Below are positions 30,137 to 41,182 of a stretch of DNA of 64,000 bases, piece by piece. The stretch lies in assembly GCA_963772725.1 (NCBI GenBank), contig CAVYYI010000003.1, positions 224,001-288,000 of the forward strand, written 5' to 3'. Positions within the stretch are counted from its first letter, which is position 1. Every line of letters starts with the position of its first letter. The notes beneath the pieces are model-generated. The model was given only the letters and a program-made list of their open reading frames with translations, had not been told where the DNA came from and did not search any database. A program made the translations under genes and the position numbers. This stretch comes from an uncultured Phycisphaerales bacterium (GTDB taxonomy: Bacteria; Planctomycetota; Phycisphaerae; Sedimentisphaerales; Anaerobacaceae).

Positions 30137-30430
30137 TTATTTTATCGCTTTCTTAACACGCGCAGCCTCTTATTAAAAAACCACTTCGCAATTATCATCA
30201 CTTTTTCTATTTAAAGTATACGCCAATAACTGAGCATTGGGTGATGATAAAAATTAAAAAGCAGACATACGGACGTTAAGGTCTTATAAAATCAGGAGTT
30301 AACTATATACAATTTTTGTAAAAAAAATATTGCTGATTAATATTTCCCAAAAACAGCAGTTGTTGTTGCCAAGAGAAAAAACGGTTGTATAATCTGCGGG
30401 ATAAGAGATTTATTTTGTGAGCGTCATAAT

Positions 30431-31570
30431 ATGATAAACGTCATTTCCATGCCCGATACCCGCAGGAAGTTAGAGATACTAAGCGACGATGCGAAATACG
30501 ATTTGGCATGCGCGTGCGGCAGCCGTAAAGAAGAGCATCGCAAACAAAGCCGTTCGGGTAAATGGATTTACCCGGTAACACTTCCGAACGGCGGGACAAG
30601 CACGCTTTTTAAGACACTCATCTCCAACGCCTGCTCGAATGACTGCAAATATTGTCCGCTCAGGGCGCAGATGGATATTCGCAGATGCACGCTGACACCG
30701 GAAGAAACAGCGGCGGTTTTCTGGGACTATTACACGCGCAAAGAGGTGTTCGGACTTTTTCTTACTTCCGGTATTCTCGGAAGCCCGGATGTCACAATGG
30801 ACAGGCTCAACGCGACCGCGAAAATACTCCGAACGAGGTACAGTTATCGCGGCTACATTCATCTAAAGATTATTCCCGGCGCGGCGCCGGCAGCGATAGA
30901 AGAATCGCTGTCTTTGGCGAGCGCGGTATCACTGAACATCGAAACCCCCGGCGAAAAACATTTGGCCAAACTATCAGACAGAAAAAATTACATCAGCGAT
31001 ATTATCGAACCTATAAAACTTATCAGCAGGCTGACAGAAAGGCATGCTAAGTACGCGGGAGTTAAACAGACAACGCAGTTTATTGTCGGGGCGGCGGGCG
31101 AATCAGACAGCGAGATTGTAAAATATATGAACGGGCTTTATAACAGGCTGAAAATGCACAGGGTATATTTCAGCGCCTATCAAAAAGGCGCCGGCGATAA
31201 CTCTTTGCCCGGAGAAAAATTACAATTGCAGGAGCCGACAGAGACCTTTGTCAGGGAGCATCGGCTGTACCAGGTGGATTTTCTGATGCGTAAATACGGC
31301 TTTAATGAATCGGACATTTTATTTGGTCAGGACGGGAATCTTTCGCTGGATTGCGACCCCAAGGAAACCTGGGCGAAAAATCACCCGGAGACGTTTCCCG
31401 TAAATATAAACTCCGCTGATAAATATCAGTTGCTGCGTGTACCTGGTCTCGGGCCGGTAACAGTGAACAGAATTTTAAACTTGCGGCGTCAGAACCGTTT
31501 AAGCAGTATCTACGACATAGGAAAAATAGGAGCAAGGCTCGAAAAAGCGGGTAAATACCTGACTTTCTAA
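30431..31570 (+). CDS. Putative DNA modification/repair radical SAM protein with C-terminal HhH (TIGR03916-like)
   Basis: CSNDCKYC, YIHLKIIPGA, REHRLYQ.DFL, LLRVPGLGP. Confidence 0.85.
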   Translation: MINVISMPDTRRKLEILSDDAKYDLACACGSRKEEHRKQSRSGKWIYPVTLPNGGTSTLFKTLISNACSNDCKYCPLRAQMDIRRCTLTPEETAAVFWDYYTRKEVFGLFLTSGILGSPDVTMDRLNATAKILRTRYSYRGYIHLKIIPGAAPAAIEESLSLASAVSLNIETPGEKHLAKLSDRKNYISDIIEPIKLISRLTERHAKYAGVKQTTQFIVGAAGESDSEIVKYMNGLYNRLKMHRVYFSAYQKGAGDNSLPGEKLQLQEPTETFVREHRLYQVDFLMRKYGFNESDILFGQDGNLSLDCDPKETWAKNHPETFPVNINSADKYQLLRVPGLGPVTVNRILNLRRQNRLSSIYDIGKIGARLEKAGKYLTF

Positions 31571-31578
31571 AGCGGTGA

Positions 31579-32586
31579 TTAATTCCACTTATGTTTTTTG
31601 ACCGAAGCGAGAATCATCTCTGCGCATTCCATCGCGGCGAGGCCCTCTTCAACGCTAACCTCCGGCCTGAGAGTCTTATCGGTTATGGCTTTTAAAAAAG
31701 CCTCCTGCTCAACACGCAGCGGCTCCTTGTCATCGATAACCATCTCCTCAATGTGCAAAAGGTCAGGCCAATTAACACTCAAAAGGTTGAAATCGCCCTT
31801 AGCCTGCTGTTCTTTTATCCAGTTGATGACATTAACATTGGGGCCGGCCTTGATGATAATGCCGCTCTTTTTGAGATAATCCATACTCAGGTACGCCTGC
31901 CGGCTGAAGACTCGCACTTTTCTTTCCGTTTTAAGAGCGAGTCGCGAGGCGGTAATATTGGCGATGCACCCGTTTTCAAAGACGATTCGCGCGTTGCAGA
32001 TATCTTCTTTCTCTTCGGCTATAACGCTGACCCCGACAGCTTCTACCTTTTTGACCTTACTGGCCGCCAGTGAGAGAATTATATCGATATCGTGAATCAT
32101 AACATCGAGAACAACGCCGATATCGGTCGAGCGAAACGGATACGGACTGATGCGATTGGCCTCGATGAATTTCGGCTCAATATTGAGTCTTTTCATAGCC
32201 TGAACAACTGGATTGCAGCGCTCGGAATGACCGACTGCGGCGACAACGTTATGTTTTTCGGCAAGTTTTACAATTTCCCTGCCCTGTTTGGCGTTGGCTG
32301 CCAGAGGCTTTTCTATCATTACAGCAATGTTATTTTCAATTAATAATTTCGCCAGCTCCAGATGATATATTGTCGGGGCTGCGATAGTAGCCGCATCGAC
32401 TTTTCCCACAAGTTCAGCGATGTCGCTGAATGATAAACAGTTATATTTCTGCGCAAGTTCCGAGGCTTTCTGAGCATCCTTGTCAACGATGGCGACGAGA
32501 TTACTTTGGGGCAACTGGCTGTAAACCTTGGCGTGAATGCTGCCCATCTTGCCTGCGCCAACTACGGCAGTACGTATTTTATCCAT
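31579..32586 (-). CDS. Gfo/Idh/MocA oxidoreductase, GnnA-like
   Basis: VVGAGKMG, IEKPLA, GHSERCNP, DVMIHDID; directly downstream of lpxA. Confidence 0.85.
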   Translation of the reverse strand: MDKIRTAVVGAGKMGSIHAKVYSQLPQSNLVAIVDKDAQKASELAQKYNCLSFSDIAELVGKVDAATIAAPTIYHLELAKLLIENNIAVMIEKPLAANAKQGREIVKLAEKHNVVAAVGHSERCNPVVQAMKRLNIEPKFIEANRISPYPFRSTDIGVVLDVMIHDIDIILSLAASKVKKVEAVGVSVIAEEKEDICNARIVFENGCIANITASRLALKTERKVRVFSRQAYLSMDYLKKSGIIIKAGPNVNVINWIKEQQAKGDFNLLSVNWPDLLHIEEMVIDDKEPLRVEQEAFLKAITDKTLRPEVSVEEGLAAMECAEMILASVKKHKWN

Positions 32587-32653
32587 AAAATATCACCTCA
32601 TTTAGCTTATTTTCCATTGCTTCCCGCCGGCGAACGTAACACCCTTTGCCCGA

Positions 32654-33460
32654 TTAGTGCCGAAATTTCTCGAGGTATCTTCCGTATCGTTGCTCGCTGC
32701 TTTTCATTATCATATCGACCATGGCCTTTACGTTTTCATCAAGACCTTCCTGCTGGGCAAGAACTTTTGCGTTTTCGAGCAGTGTCCCGCCGCTGCGATA
32801 AAGCCGCCTGTAAGCATCCATTACTTCTTTCTGCTGTTGCTCGTTAAGGCCTGCGCGAATGAGGCCGCGTTTATTGACGCCGCGAATTTTCGGAGGATAA
32901 TGGCCGCTGACAATAAGAAACGGCGGAATATCATGGTTGATGCCCGCAAGGCCGGAAGCGTAACACCATTTGCCAACGGTAATGAACTGGTGCATCAGCA
33001 CCATTCCGCTGAGCCATACACCCGTTTCTATTTTACAGTGTCCGCTTATCTGGGTGTAATTGCTCATAACGAGCTTATCTTCGAGAATACAGTCGTGGCC
33101 GATGTGAACGCCAATCATAAGCAGATTATTATTGCCGATTTTCGTAAATTCACCATCGTGCATACTCGGATGAATAGTTACCTGCTCGCGAATAGTGTTG
33201 CCGTCGCCGATAATCAAACCTCCAATTTTTTTATCCGCTCCAAGGCCGAGTATCTGCGGCATTCCGCCTATTATGCAATTCGGATAGAACCGGTTGTTGT
33301 CTCCTATTTGAACATCTTTGCCTATATAAACATTCGCGACAAGCACATTACCGTTTCCGATTATAACGCCGCTTTCGACAACGCAATTGGGGCCGATTGT
33401 TACGTTCTGTCCCAACTGCGCGGTCTTATGAATCACAGCACTGGGGTGTATCTCATTCAT
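32654..33460 (-). CDS. lpxA: UDP-N-acetylglucosamine O-acyltransferase
   Basis: Hexapeptide repeats, IREQVTIH, HIGHDC, GVNKRGL.RAG. Confidence 0.93.
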   Translation of the reverse strand: MNEIHPSAVIHKTAQLGQNVTIGPNCVVESGVIIGNGNVLVANVYIGKDVQIGDNNRFYPNCIIGGMPQILGLGADKKIGGLIIGDGNTIREQVTIHPSMHDGEFTKIGNNNLLMIGVHIGHDCILEDKLVMSNYTQISGHCKIETGVWLSGMVLMHQFITVGKWCYASGLAGINHDIPPFLIVSGHYPPKIRGVNKRGLIRAGLNEQQQKEVMDAYRRLYRSGGTLLENAKVLAQQEGLDENVKAMVDMIMKSSEQRYGRYLEKFRH

Positions 33461-33490
33461 GTATTTTTTAACCTCTAACCTTTTTAATTT

Positions 33491-34799
33491 TTATAATTTC
33501 TCGTCATCGACGAGCATAAACTTAATAACCGCCTCGGCGACTACCGCCTCTCCGACCATCGCTTTGCATTGGCAGTCCGCCGTTCTTTTTCTTGATTTTA
33601 CCGATTCAGCTATAAGAACAAGCTGGTCACCGGGGACAACTGTTTTGCGGAGCTTCACGGAATCCATTCCGAGCAGAAGAGCAAGTTTGCCGGTATGTTC
33701 AAGCTTTTGAGCGAAAAGCAGGCCCGAAATTTGCGCCATCGCTTCAACAATAAGAACACCGGGCATAATAGGTGTGCCGGGGAAATGCCCCTGGAAAAAC
33801 TGTTCATTGAAACTGACGTTTTTAATGCCTTTTATTCGTGTTTCGCCTTCAATTTCGACTACCCGATCAACAAGTAAAAACGGATACCTGTGCGGCAGTA
33901 TTTTCTGAATTCGGCGAATATCAAGAAGCGCATCTGTCCCAAATTTTTTTATGCGGTCCTGTTTTTCCGCCGCAGCATACAAGCTTGTCGCAAGCTGCTG
34001 ATTCAGAGAATGCCCGCTCTTGTAAGCTACAATCCTTCCTTTTAAAGCCCTGCCGACAAGCGAAAGGTCACCTATCAAATCCACTATTTTGTGGCGAACG
34101 CATTCGTTTGGAAACCGGAAGCTGTTCTTAATCGGACCATCGGAATTTATCACGAGGATATCGTGTGGACTAAGATGTTTTCCGATTCCATGTGCCTGAA
34201 ACTGCTTGGCCTCGACTTCGAGAAGAAATGTTCTTGCCGCCGCGAGATTTTTTTCAAAATTATCCGGAGTTATTCGGCAACTGAAAATCTGCCTGCCGAT
34301 TCCGGTATGGCCGCCGTAATCTAAATCATAAGTGATATTCAATCCATCATCGGGGTATGGCAGGGCATATATCGAGGCGTCGCCGGAAGTTATACTTACA
34401 GGCTCGGTAATTGTAAATTCCTTTCGGGTCGAGCTTTGTTCGACCGATTCGGCCTGTTTAAGAATTTTTACATACTCTATACTGCTGCAATCGAGACTTG
34501 GCATCTCTGGCCCCTCAATCTCTATAACCAGGTTGTCAATCTCCAGCGCGCTGACGGCAGCGAGGCAATGCTCAACAGTTTCAATGCTTACGGCGCCTTT
34601 TCTCAGGGCAGTTCTGCGGCTGCGGTCGGCAACATTAGCCGCCTGCGCAGGTATCCGGACAGGTTCAGGTAAATCTGTTCGCACAAATACCACTCCGGAA
34701 TCCGCGGCGCAGGACGGAAAACAACTTTAGCGTCTGCGCCGCCAAGAGACCTTTGCCGGCTACACGTGTTTCATTTTTTATCGTCTTTTGCAGCTTCAA
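33491..34799 (-). CDS. lpxC: Bifunctional LpxC-FabZ (N-terminus frameshifted)
   Basis: TTG start KLQKTI...[25 protein letters not shown]; Fab[25 protein letters not shown]. Confidence 0.92.
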
Positions 34800-35811
34800 G
34801 TTTATCTATCCTTTTTCGGAGTTGTTTTAATTCAGCAGCCATTTCTGGTAATCGATTAGTCAAAACAATTTTACGAATCGCGTCACTCTTTTCGCTGGCG
34901 GGAGTACCAAATAATTCTTTATTTGCTCCTACACTCTGAAAAGCAACGCATCCGCCGCCAAGCATTGTACCTGCGCCTATTTCGACATTGTCGCTTGTAC
35001 CGCTTCGCCCGCCCATTACAACACCATCGCCGAGACGGGCACTGCCGGCGATACCTACCTGGCTGGCTATAAGGCAGCACCTGCCAATTATTACATTATG
35101 AGCGATTTGAACAAGATTGTCTATTTTTGTTCCGGCACCAATAATGGTATTATCGAATTTCGCCCTGTCGATACAGGTATTTGCTCCTATTTCGACAAAA
35201 TCTTCAATTATTACCCCACCGTTATGGGGGATAAGCCTGTGCGCACCATCTATAAAATAATACCCAAATCCCGTTGCCCCGATGGTGCTGTTGGCCTGAA
35301 TGATAACATTGCTGCCGAGAATACAGTTATGATAAATAACAACGTTGCAATCGAGCCTGCAATTTCTTCCGAGCCTTGAATTCTCACCGAGCCTGCATCC
35401 GCTGGCGATGACACAGTTTTCACCAATTTCCACGTTGTCATCAATTACAACGTATGCCCCAATACTTGCCCCTTTTGCAATTTTGACATTATGGCCGATT
35501 TTAGCAGTGGGGTCAATACCCTGGGCGATGCCTTTTAATTTCGGGGCAAAAATTTCGAGAACTTTTATCAGGGCGGCGTTAACATTTTTTACGATTAACT
35601 GAGGCTTGGAAATATCCTCAATTTTCGCTGCGGTAATAACCGCCCCGGCGGCAGATTTCTTTAGCCTGCCTATATGTTTTTCGCCAATCATAAAAGTAAT
35701 TGTTGCCGGAGTCGCGGTATCTATGGGACCGACAGCATTAATTTGCCCGGAACCATCTCCCGCCAAATCGGCACCAATGCGATTAGCCAATTCTGAGACA
35801 GTAATTAACAT
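34771..35811 (-). CDS. lpxD: UDP-3-O-acylglucosamine N-acyltransferase
   Basis: [29 protein letters not shown]. Confidence 0.95.
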   Translation of the reverse strand: MLITVSELANRIGADLAGDGSGQINAVGPIDTATPATITFMIGEKHIGRLKKSAAGAVITAAKIEDISKPQLIVKNVNAALIKVLEIFAPKLKGIAQGIDPTAKIGHNVKIAKGASIGAYVVIDDNVEIGENCVIASGCRLGENSRLGRNCRLDCNVVIYHNCILGSNVIIQANSTIGATGFGYYFIDGAHRLIPHNGGVIIEDFVEIGANTCIDRAKFDNTIIGAGTKIDNLVQIAHNVIIGRCCLIASQVGIAGSARLGDGVVMGGRSGTSDNVEIGAGTMLGGGCVAFQSVGANKELFGTPASEKSDAIRKIVLTNRLPEMAAELKQLRKRIDKLEAAKDDKK

Positions 35812-35851
35812 AAATACTCTAAAACTAAAAGGGCGAATTCAACAATAATCG

Positions 35852-36448
35852 TTAATTCTTGCCGTCCAATTTCGCCATCACCTCGTCAGTTATATCCACG
35901 CAGCCTTTGCAATACAATAATTTATGGGAACTGATAGTGAGCATAAGCTCATTAGAATTATCCGCAGGAAGTTCCGGCTCGCTTTTCTCAAAGACCATAT
36001 CTATACCTTTTTCCTCGGCAACCAGTGAGGTCTTTTCCAAAATGCCCTTATAGACTTCCTCAACAATCCTCTGTTCTTTCAAAACCATCTGTCTGTTTTG
36101 AAATTCCTGCTGGGCCTGAAGACTGGCCTGCTTTGTCAATATATCTTTGACTGCCGCCATATAATCGGGACTGCCGCTCTTGAGGGTCTTTAGTCCGGCC
36201 TTTTGTGCGTCAATTTCCTTTGAAAGCTTTTCCAGTTCCGCTTCAATCTTAGTTCGCTCAGCGGTCGCTTCATCTCTGTATTTGGCGCTTAACTTACATT
36301 CTCTGAGAATTTTCTTAATACTCACTGTGCCTATTTTCAATCCTGATTTAGGTTCAGTGGTCTTGGGTTCCGCTACGCCGCAATTATGTACGGCAAATAA
36401 AACCATAATCCCGATAACACAAATTGTAACCAACGTTTTAAACTTCAT
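35852..36448 (-). CDS. skp: Skp/OmpH periplasmic chaperone
   Basis: Signal peptide, KIGTVS, coiled coil, DITDEV; bamA-skp-lpxD synteny. Confidence 0.85.
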   Translation of the reverse strand: MKFKTLVTICVIGIMVLFAVHNCGVAEPKTTEPKSGLKIGTVSIKKILRECKLSAKYRDEATAERTKIEAELEKLSKEIDAQKAGLKTLKSGSPDYMAAVKDILTKQASLQAQQEFQNRQMVLKEQRIVEEVYKGILEKTSLVAEEKGIDMVFEKSEPELPADNSNELMLTISSHKLLYCKGCVDITDEVMAKLDGKN

Positions 36449-36489
36449 AACAATTCCTTTCTCATTTTATTAAAAACCACTTAGTTTAA

Positions 36490-38847
36490 CTAAAACAGTC
36501 TGCCGACAGAGAAGCTGAATATCTGGGTATCGTCGTCTTCGTCTTTAAGGAACGGCACAGCAAGCTCGAATCTCATCGGTACAGGTCCAAACCACTGGGG
36601 CAATTTTATTTGTATGCCTGTGCCGATAGCGGCGCGATAATTCCCGGTATCAACAGTACCTGTATCTATAAAAAACAGACCCGACAGAGTATTACTTACC
36701 ATAGGCACAACCACCTCAGTATTTGCTAAAAATATCCAGTCACTTCCTATTGGGTCTTTTCGTTCGGGATTAAGCACATTTGTCTGAAGGCCCCTGGTGC
36801 TTACGCCTCGATATTCAAAACCTCTGATACCATAAGTTCCGGTGCCGCCGCCGTAAAATTTCTCAAACGGAGGCGCATCGCCGACGGTTGTCGCAGCCAG
36901 AAGTTTGGTTCCCAGCACGGTCTTGCGTTCCGCCAAATCCTCATAAATAGTCGTATAATTCTTAAAGGCCGCACTCAATATTCCAAAGGTATAATCGCCG
37001 CCAACCTGCTCATACCCGACATTAAAAATATATCCTTTGCTCGGGTCAAATTTGTCATCGACGAGATTTCTCCCAACACCGAATTTCACTCCAGCCAGAG
37101 CGTTGTCGCCTTCGACATCCTTTATCTCCTGCGGTGCATCATCATCAATATCACTGATATTAACATTCTCAAGCCTGAAGCCGAGACTTCTCCGCCAAAA
37201 ATCCTTGTATCTTTTTTCAAATCCCACAAAGCCTTTGGTTCTCTGCTCGTCATAACTTTCCTGAAATCTCTCATAGCTTGAGCCGACGACATCGAGGGAT
37301 ATCGGCTTATTGTTGAGATAAGGCTCCGTAAAACTAACTGAATATTCGCTGACTTCCGTACCAGGCTGAAGAGCTATCCTGAGAGTCTGGCCTGCGCCTT
37401 TGAAGGCTCTGCCTGATATAAGGTCTTCAAAACTTTCAGGAGTATCGCTTATATCAAAATTTCTCTGCTCAAAAACGAGCTGACCAATTACACCGCTGTC
37501 GCTACCAACGCCCGCTCCAAGCATCACAAATCCCGTTTGACCTTCAGCAACACTGACCTGTGCGTCCCTGACACCCGGGTTTTTACCGGTCGGAGTTATT
37601 GCCGCTGATTCGGACATAGTCTCCTGGCGTACCATCTTCTCGAGTAAGCCCGTGCCGTCTCCCCTGGCGTAATCGCCGTTATACCAGTTGCCGGGCTGAA
37701 AATCGTACTCGTCCAGCACACGCCTGACAACTTTATCCTGTACGCGTTCGTTGCCGGTAATGTTAATCATCCCTATTCTGAATCTTTCATCTTCTTTAAT
37801 ATCGTATTCAATCTGCACCTGGTTTTGGCCCACAAAGTTCCGCTTTCGGTACACCATCGCATTGATAAAACCGATTTCGCGGTACAACTTGAGTATTCTT
37901 TTAGAGTCGGATTCAGCATAAAACTCATTGTAAACCTGGCCTTGCTTTAATTTCAATTCGGCCCGGAGGCGATTCTCAGCAAAGTATTTATTACCGGTAA
38001 AGACAATTTCCCCCACCGTGTAAACCGGTCCCTCGCTGATTTCGTAAGTAATTTTAACCTTGCTTCTGTCAGGACTGAAATCTTTTTTAGCAGTTATGGT
38101 AACGTTCAGATGACCCCTGTCGTAGTATATGCTCCTGAGTTTCTCAATATCCTTGTCGATGTTTTCCTCGATATAATAGCCCTGAAGAATAAGAAATTTT
38201 CTCTTTTTCATTTTCATCGCGGCCTGCAGCTTGCTGCTCTTAATCGAATTATTCCCCGTAAATGCGACGGCGGCGACTTTTACTCTTGGGCCCTCATTGA
38301 TTGTATAATTTAATTCGCCCAACGCGAACCGCTGCCTGTCAACACTTGCTTCTGCAAAGGGATAGCCTTTATTGTGATAGTAATCGAGCAGTTTCTTAAC
38401 GGATGTATCCGCAGCGACCATATCAAGATAATCGCCTCTTTTGAGGTCTAATTGTTTCTTAAGTTTTTCAGATTTATAAACTTTATTACCCGCAAAAGAA
38501 ATCGACCTGACGATATTCTTTTCGATAATTACAAAGACCAGTTTAACATTGTTATCCGTGACGGTTGTATTGTAATAGCTTTGTTCAACGCCGGCTAACT
38601 CCGCAATTCTTTTGGCGTCCTGAGCCGCTGTCGTGTCATCGAATGCCTCACCAACCCTGCTGCGAATTTTACTAAATATCTGATTCTGGGTTATGCTGCG
38701 ATTTCCCTGCGGTTCAATGGAACTTATTGTCAGCCCCTGCGCCGCTTGTTTGGTTTCATTTGCTCCCCTGGCGGCAACAAGTGGAAAAACCAGATTCAAA
38801 GCCATAATCCATACGAAAGCAATAAGACATCCATTCTTATTTTCCAT
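36490..38847 (-). CDS. bamA: Outer membrane protein assembly factor BamA
   Basis: POTRA repeats, IRGFEY motif, C-terminal FSFSVGRLF. Confidence 0.93.
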   Translation of the reverse strand: MENKNGCLIAFVWIMALNLVFPLVAARGANETKQAAQGLTISSIEPQGNRSITQNQIFSKIRSRVGEAFDDTTAAQDAKRIAELAGVEQSYYNTTVTDNNVKLVFVIIEKNIVRSISFAGNKVYKSEKLKKQLDLKRGDYLDMVAADTSVKKLLDYYHNKGYPFAEASVDRQRFALGELNYTINEGPRVKVAAVAFTGNNSIKSSKLQAAMKMKKRKFLILQGYYIEENIDKDIEKLRSIYYDRGHLNVTITAKKDFSPDRSKVKITYEISEGPVYTVGEIVFTGNKYFAENRLRAELKLKQGQVYNEFYAESDSKRILKLYREIGFINAMVYRKRNFVGQNQVQIEYDIKEDERFRIGMINITGNERVQDKVVRRVLDEYDFQPGNWYNGDYARGDGTGLLEKMVRQETMSESAAITPTGKNPGVRDAQVSVAEGQTGFVMLGAGVGSDSGVIGQLVFEQRNFDISDTPESFEDLISGRAFKGAGQTLRIALQPGTEVSEYSVSFTEPYLNNKPISLDVVGSSYERFQESYDEQRTKGFVGFEKRYKDFWRRSLGFRLENVNISDIDDDAPQEIKDVEGDNALAGVKFGVGRNLVDDKFDPSKGYIFNVGYEQVGGDYTFGILSAAFKNYTTIYEDLAERKTVLGTKLLAATTVGDAPPFEKFYGGGTGTYGIRGFEYRGVSTRGLQTNVLNPERKDPIGSDWIFLANTEVVVPMVSNTLSGLFFIDTGTVDTGNYRAAIGTGIQIKLPQWFGPVPMRFELAVPFLKDEDDDTQIFSFSVGRLF

Positions 38848-38855
38848 ATATTCTC

Positions 38856-40292
38856 CTATAACGGCTCTTCCACAAATGATTCGGTTTTGTTTTCAAATCG
38901 TGTAATCTTTTCGAGGAATGTAAGTTCTACTGTCCCTGTAGGACCGTTTCGCTGTTTGGCTATTATCACCTCGGCGGTGTTGGTGCTTGTCCAGTTCTCT
39001 TCCTTATGATAATAATCCTCGCGGTGAAGAAGCATAACGACATCCGCGTCCTGTTCAATACTTCCGCTTTCACGCAAATCGCTCATTCGCGGTCTGTGGT
39101 CTTCTCTGCCCTCAGGCGAGCGATTCAACTGGCTCAAAACAACCACCGGAACATTCAACTCTCTTGCCAACGCTTTGAAATAACGTGATATCGCTGTTAT
39201 TTCCTGCTGTCGGGATTCCACCTGGCTGCCCATACTCATCAACTGTAAATAATCTATTACTATGCACTGTATATCGTGCTGACTTTTAAGACGCCTGGCC
39301 TTGCTGCGAAGTCCCAGCGGCGTTATGCCTGCGGTATCGTCAATAAAAATCGGGGCATCGGATAAAATCCCGCACGCTTTTACTAAATCCTGGTAATGCC
39401 CATCCTCCAGCATTCCCTTTCTGACAAGCTGCGAATCAATCTTACTGATGCTGCACAGAAATCTTTCCGCCAACTGCTGTTTGCCCATTTCAAGAGAGAA
39501 TATCGCGACAGGTTTTTTCGCTTCAACGCCTATATGTTCGGCAATATTCAACGCCAGACTGGTTTTGCCCATACTCGGTCTGCCGGCGATTATTATCATC
39601 TCGCCATTCTGCAGACCGCAGGTCAGCTCATCAAGTTTGATATATCCGGTCGGCAGGCCTGTTACATGCGCACCGTGCCGCTTTTCTATAAGTTCATATA
39701 CCTGCGTTACCAAATCTTTGAGCGATACTGTCGTACCGCTCACATTTTTGTCGGTTATTTGAAAAATGCGAGCTTCCGCCCGGTCGAGTTTCTCCGCTGT
39801 TTCGCCGCTTTTATTGTAAGCGTCATCAAGGATTTCAGTCGCGGCCTCGATAATCTCCCTAAGTGCCCATTTGTCCTTGATAATCCCTGTGTAGTATGTT
39901 ACGTTGGCCGACGAAGGCACCGACTGTACTATTTTAGCGAGGTAATCTACTCCGCCAACCTCATCAAGCTGATGTCTTTTCTCAAGCTCATCGCGAAGCA
40001 GCACCGCATCAAGACCCGTGCCTTTGTTCTTTTCGTAAAGCGCAACCAGGGCATCAAACATATAGCGATGCTCTATGTGATAAAAAGCGTCGGTCTTTAG
40101 CTGTTCTACCACTTCACCGATGCACGCGGGGTCAACGAGCATGGAACCGAGAACCGCGGCCTCAGCGGCCAGCGATTCCGGCATGCTCCGACCGGACATT
40201 GCCGCAGCTAAACTCATAGAAGAAACTTTCACAGCATCGGCAGCACCATCCGAAGATACCTTTTTGCTACTTTTCCTGTTCGGTTGGTTCAC
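38856..40292 (-). CDS. dnaB: Replicative DNA helicase
   Basis: GRPSMGKT, IDYLQL, LSQLNR, DLRESGSIEQDAD, KQRNGPTG; no intein. Confidence 0.96.
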   Translation of the reverse strand: MNQPNRKSSKKVSSDGAADAVKVSSMSLAAAMSGRSMPESLAAEAAVLGSMLVDPACIGEVVEQLKTDAFYHIEHRYMFDALVALYEKNKGTGLDAVLLRDELEKRHQLDEVGGVDYLAKIVQSVPSSANVTYYTGIIKDKWALREIIEAATEILDDAYNKSGETAEKLDRAEARIFQITDKNVSGTTVSLKDLVTQVYELIEKRHGAHVTGLPTGYIKLDELTCGLQNGEMIIIAGRPSMGKTSLALNIAEHIGVEAKKPVAIFSLEMGKQQLAERFLCSISKIDSQLVRKGMLEDGHYQDLVKACGILSDAPIFIDDTAGITPLGLRSKARRLKSQHDIQCIVIDYLQLMSMGSQVESRQQEITAISRYFKALARELNVPVVVLSQLNRSPEGREDHRPRMSDLRESGSIEQDADVVMLLHREDYYHKEENWTSTNTAEVIIAKQRNGPTGTVELTFLEKITRFENKTESFVEEPL

Positions 40293-40746
40293 TTTGATTG
40301 TCCTGCTGAGCTACCACGACAACTGTTACTGTCGCCTTGAGGTCATCAGCAAATTTAAGTGTTACCTTAAATGTACCTGTTTGCTTTATATGCTCCGACA
40401 GATGAACCGTCTCGGTGGCTACTTCAAAACCCTGCTCCCGAAGGTTGGCCGCTATATCATCCGCCGTTACCGAGCCGAACAACACACCCAGTTCGTTGGC
40501 CTTGGCCGCTATAACAGCCTCCGCTCCCTCAACCGCAACGGCAGCCTTTTCCAGACGGTTTCTCTCTTGTATCCGTCTTTCCGCCGCCTTTGTTTTCTCC
40601 TTTGCCAAAGTCTTTGTATTGGCATCAGTCGGAATAACAGCCAGTTTCTGCGGAAACAGATAATTTCTTGCATAGCCCTCACTGACTTCGACAACATCGC
40701 CGAGCCAGCCGATTTTCTTTACGTCCTGACAAAGCAAAACCTTCAT
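40267..40746 (-). CDS. rplI: 50S ribosomal protein L9
   Basis: GDVVEVSEGYARNYLFP, LFGSVT. Confidence 0.95.
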   Translation of the reverse strand: MKVLLCQDVKKIGWLGDVVEVSEGYARNYLFPQKLAVIPTDANTKTLAKEKTKAAERRIQERNRLEKAAVAVEGAEAVIAAKANELGVLFGSVTADDIAANLREQGFEVATETVHLSEHIKQTGTFKVTLKFADDLKATVTVVVVAQQDNQSEPTEQEK

Positions 40747-40814
40747 ATATTCATCTCCAAAACTAAGTGTATTAACACTCTTAAATGATTTTACGATTAA
40801 AACTTCAACTCATT

Positions 40815-41084
40815 TTAATTCGTGAACGGAAGCAAAGCCATAAACCTGGCGAGCTTAATCGCTCTTTGGACTTTTCGCTGGCAACCCGCGCAATTTCCGC
40901 TCCTTTTACGGGAATAAATCTTTCCGCGATTGGTCAAAAGACGCTCCAGCGTTTCTATGTCTTTATAATCAATGTATTTGTCGCCCCTTCTGCAGAAACG
41001 GCATTGCGACTGCTCACGCATCCCTGTAAAACCCTGTTTCTTCCTGCTATTTTCACTTGTCTCTCTTGTATCTGCTGGTCTCAT
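40815..41084 (-). CDS. rpsR: 30S ribosomal protein S18 (zinc-binding type)
   Basis: CRFC, IDYKD, GKI, CAGCQR, AIKLARFMALLPF. Confidence 0.95.
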   Translation of the reverse strand: MRPADTRETSENSRKKQGFTGMREQSQCRFCRRGDKYIDYKDIETLERLLTNRGKIYSRKRSGNCAGCQRKVQRAIKLARFMALLPFTN

Positions 41085-41182
41085 TGTTTACCTGCTTTTA
41101 ACCTCTCTAAAAACTATCATATTTCAAAATTATTTTCTCATATAGCAATTAAAATCCACGATTTACTATATGCAACATTTCA

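Noticed and set aside
32657..33478. 273 aa plus-strand ORF antisense to lpxA (and similar shadow ORFs over aroA/aroC, dnaB and the secretin)
   Set aside because: No recognisable motifs; explained as the antisense shadow of real genes
33491..34799. LpxC-FabZ fusion as a novelty
   Set aside because: A known fusion in several phyla
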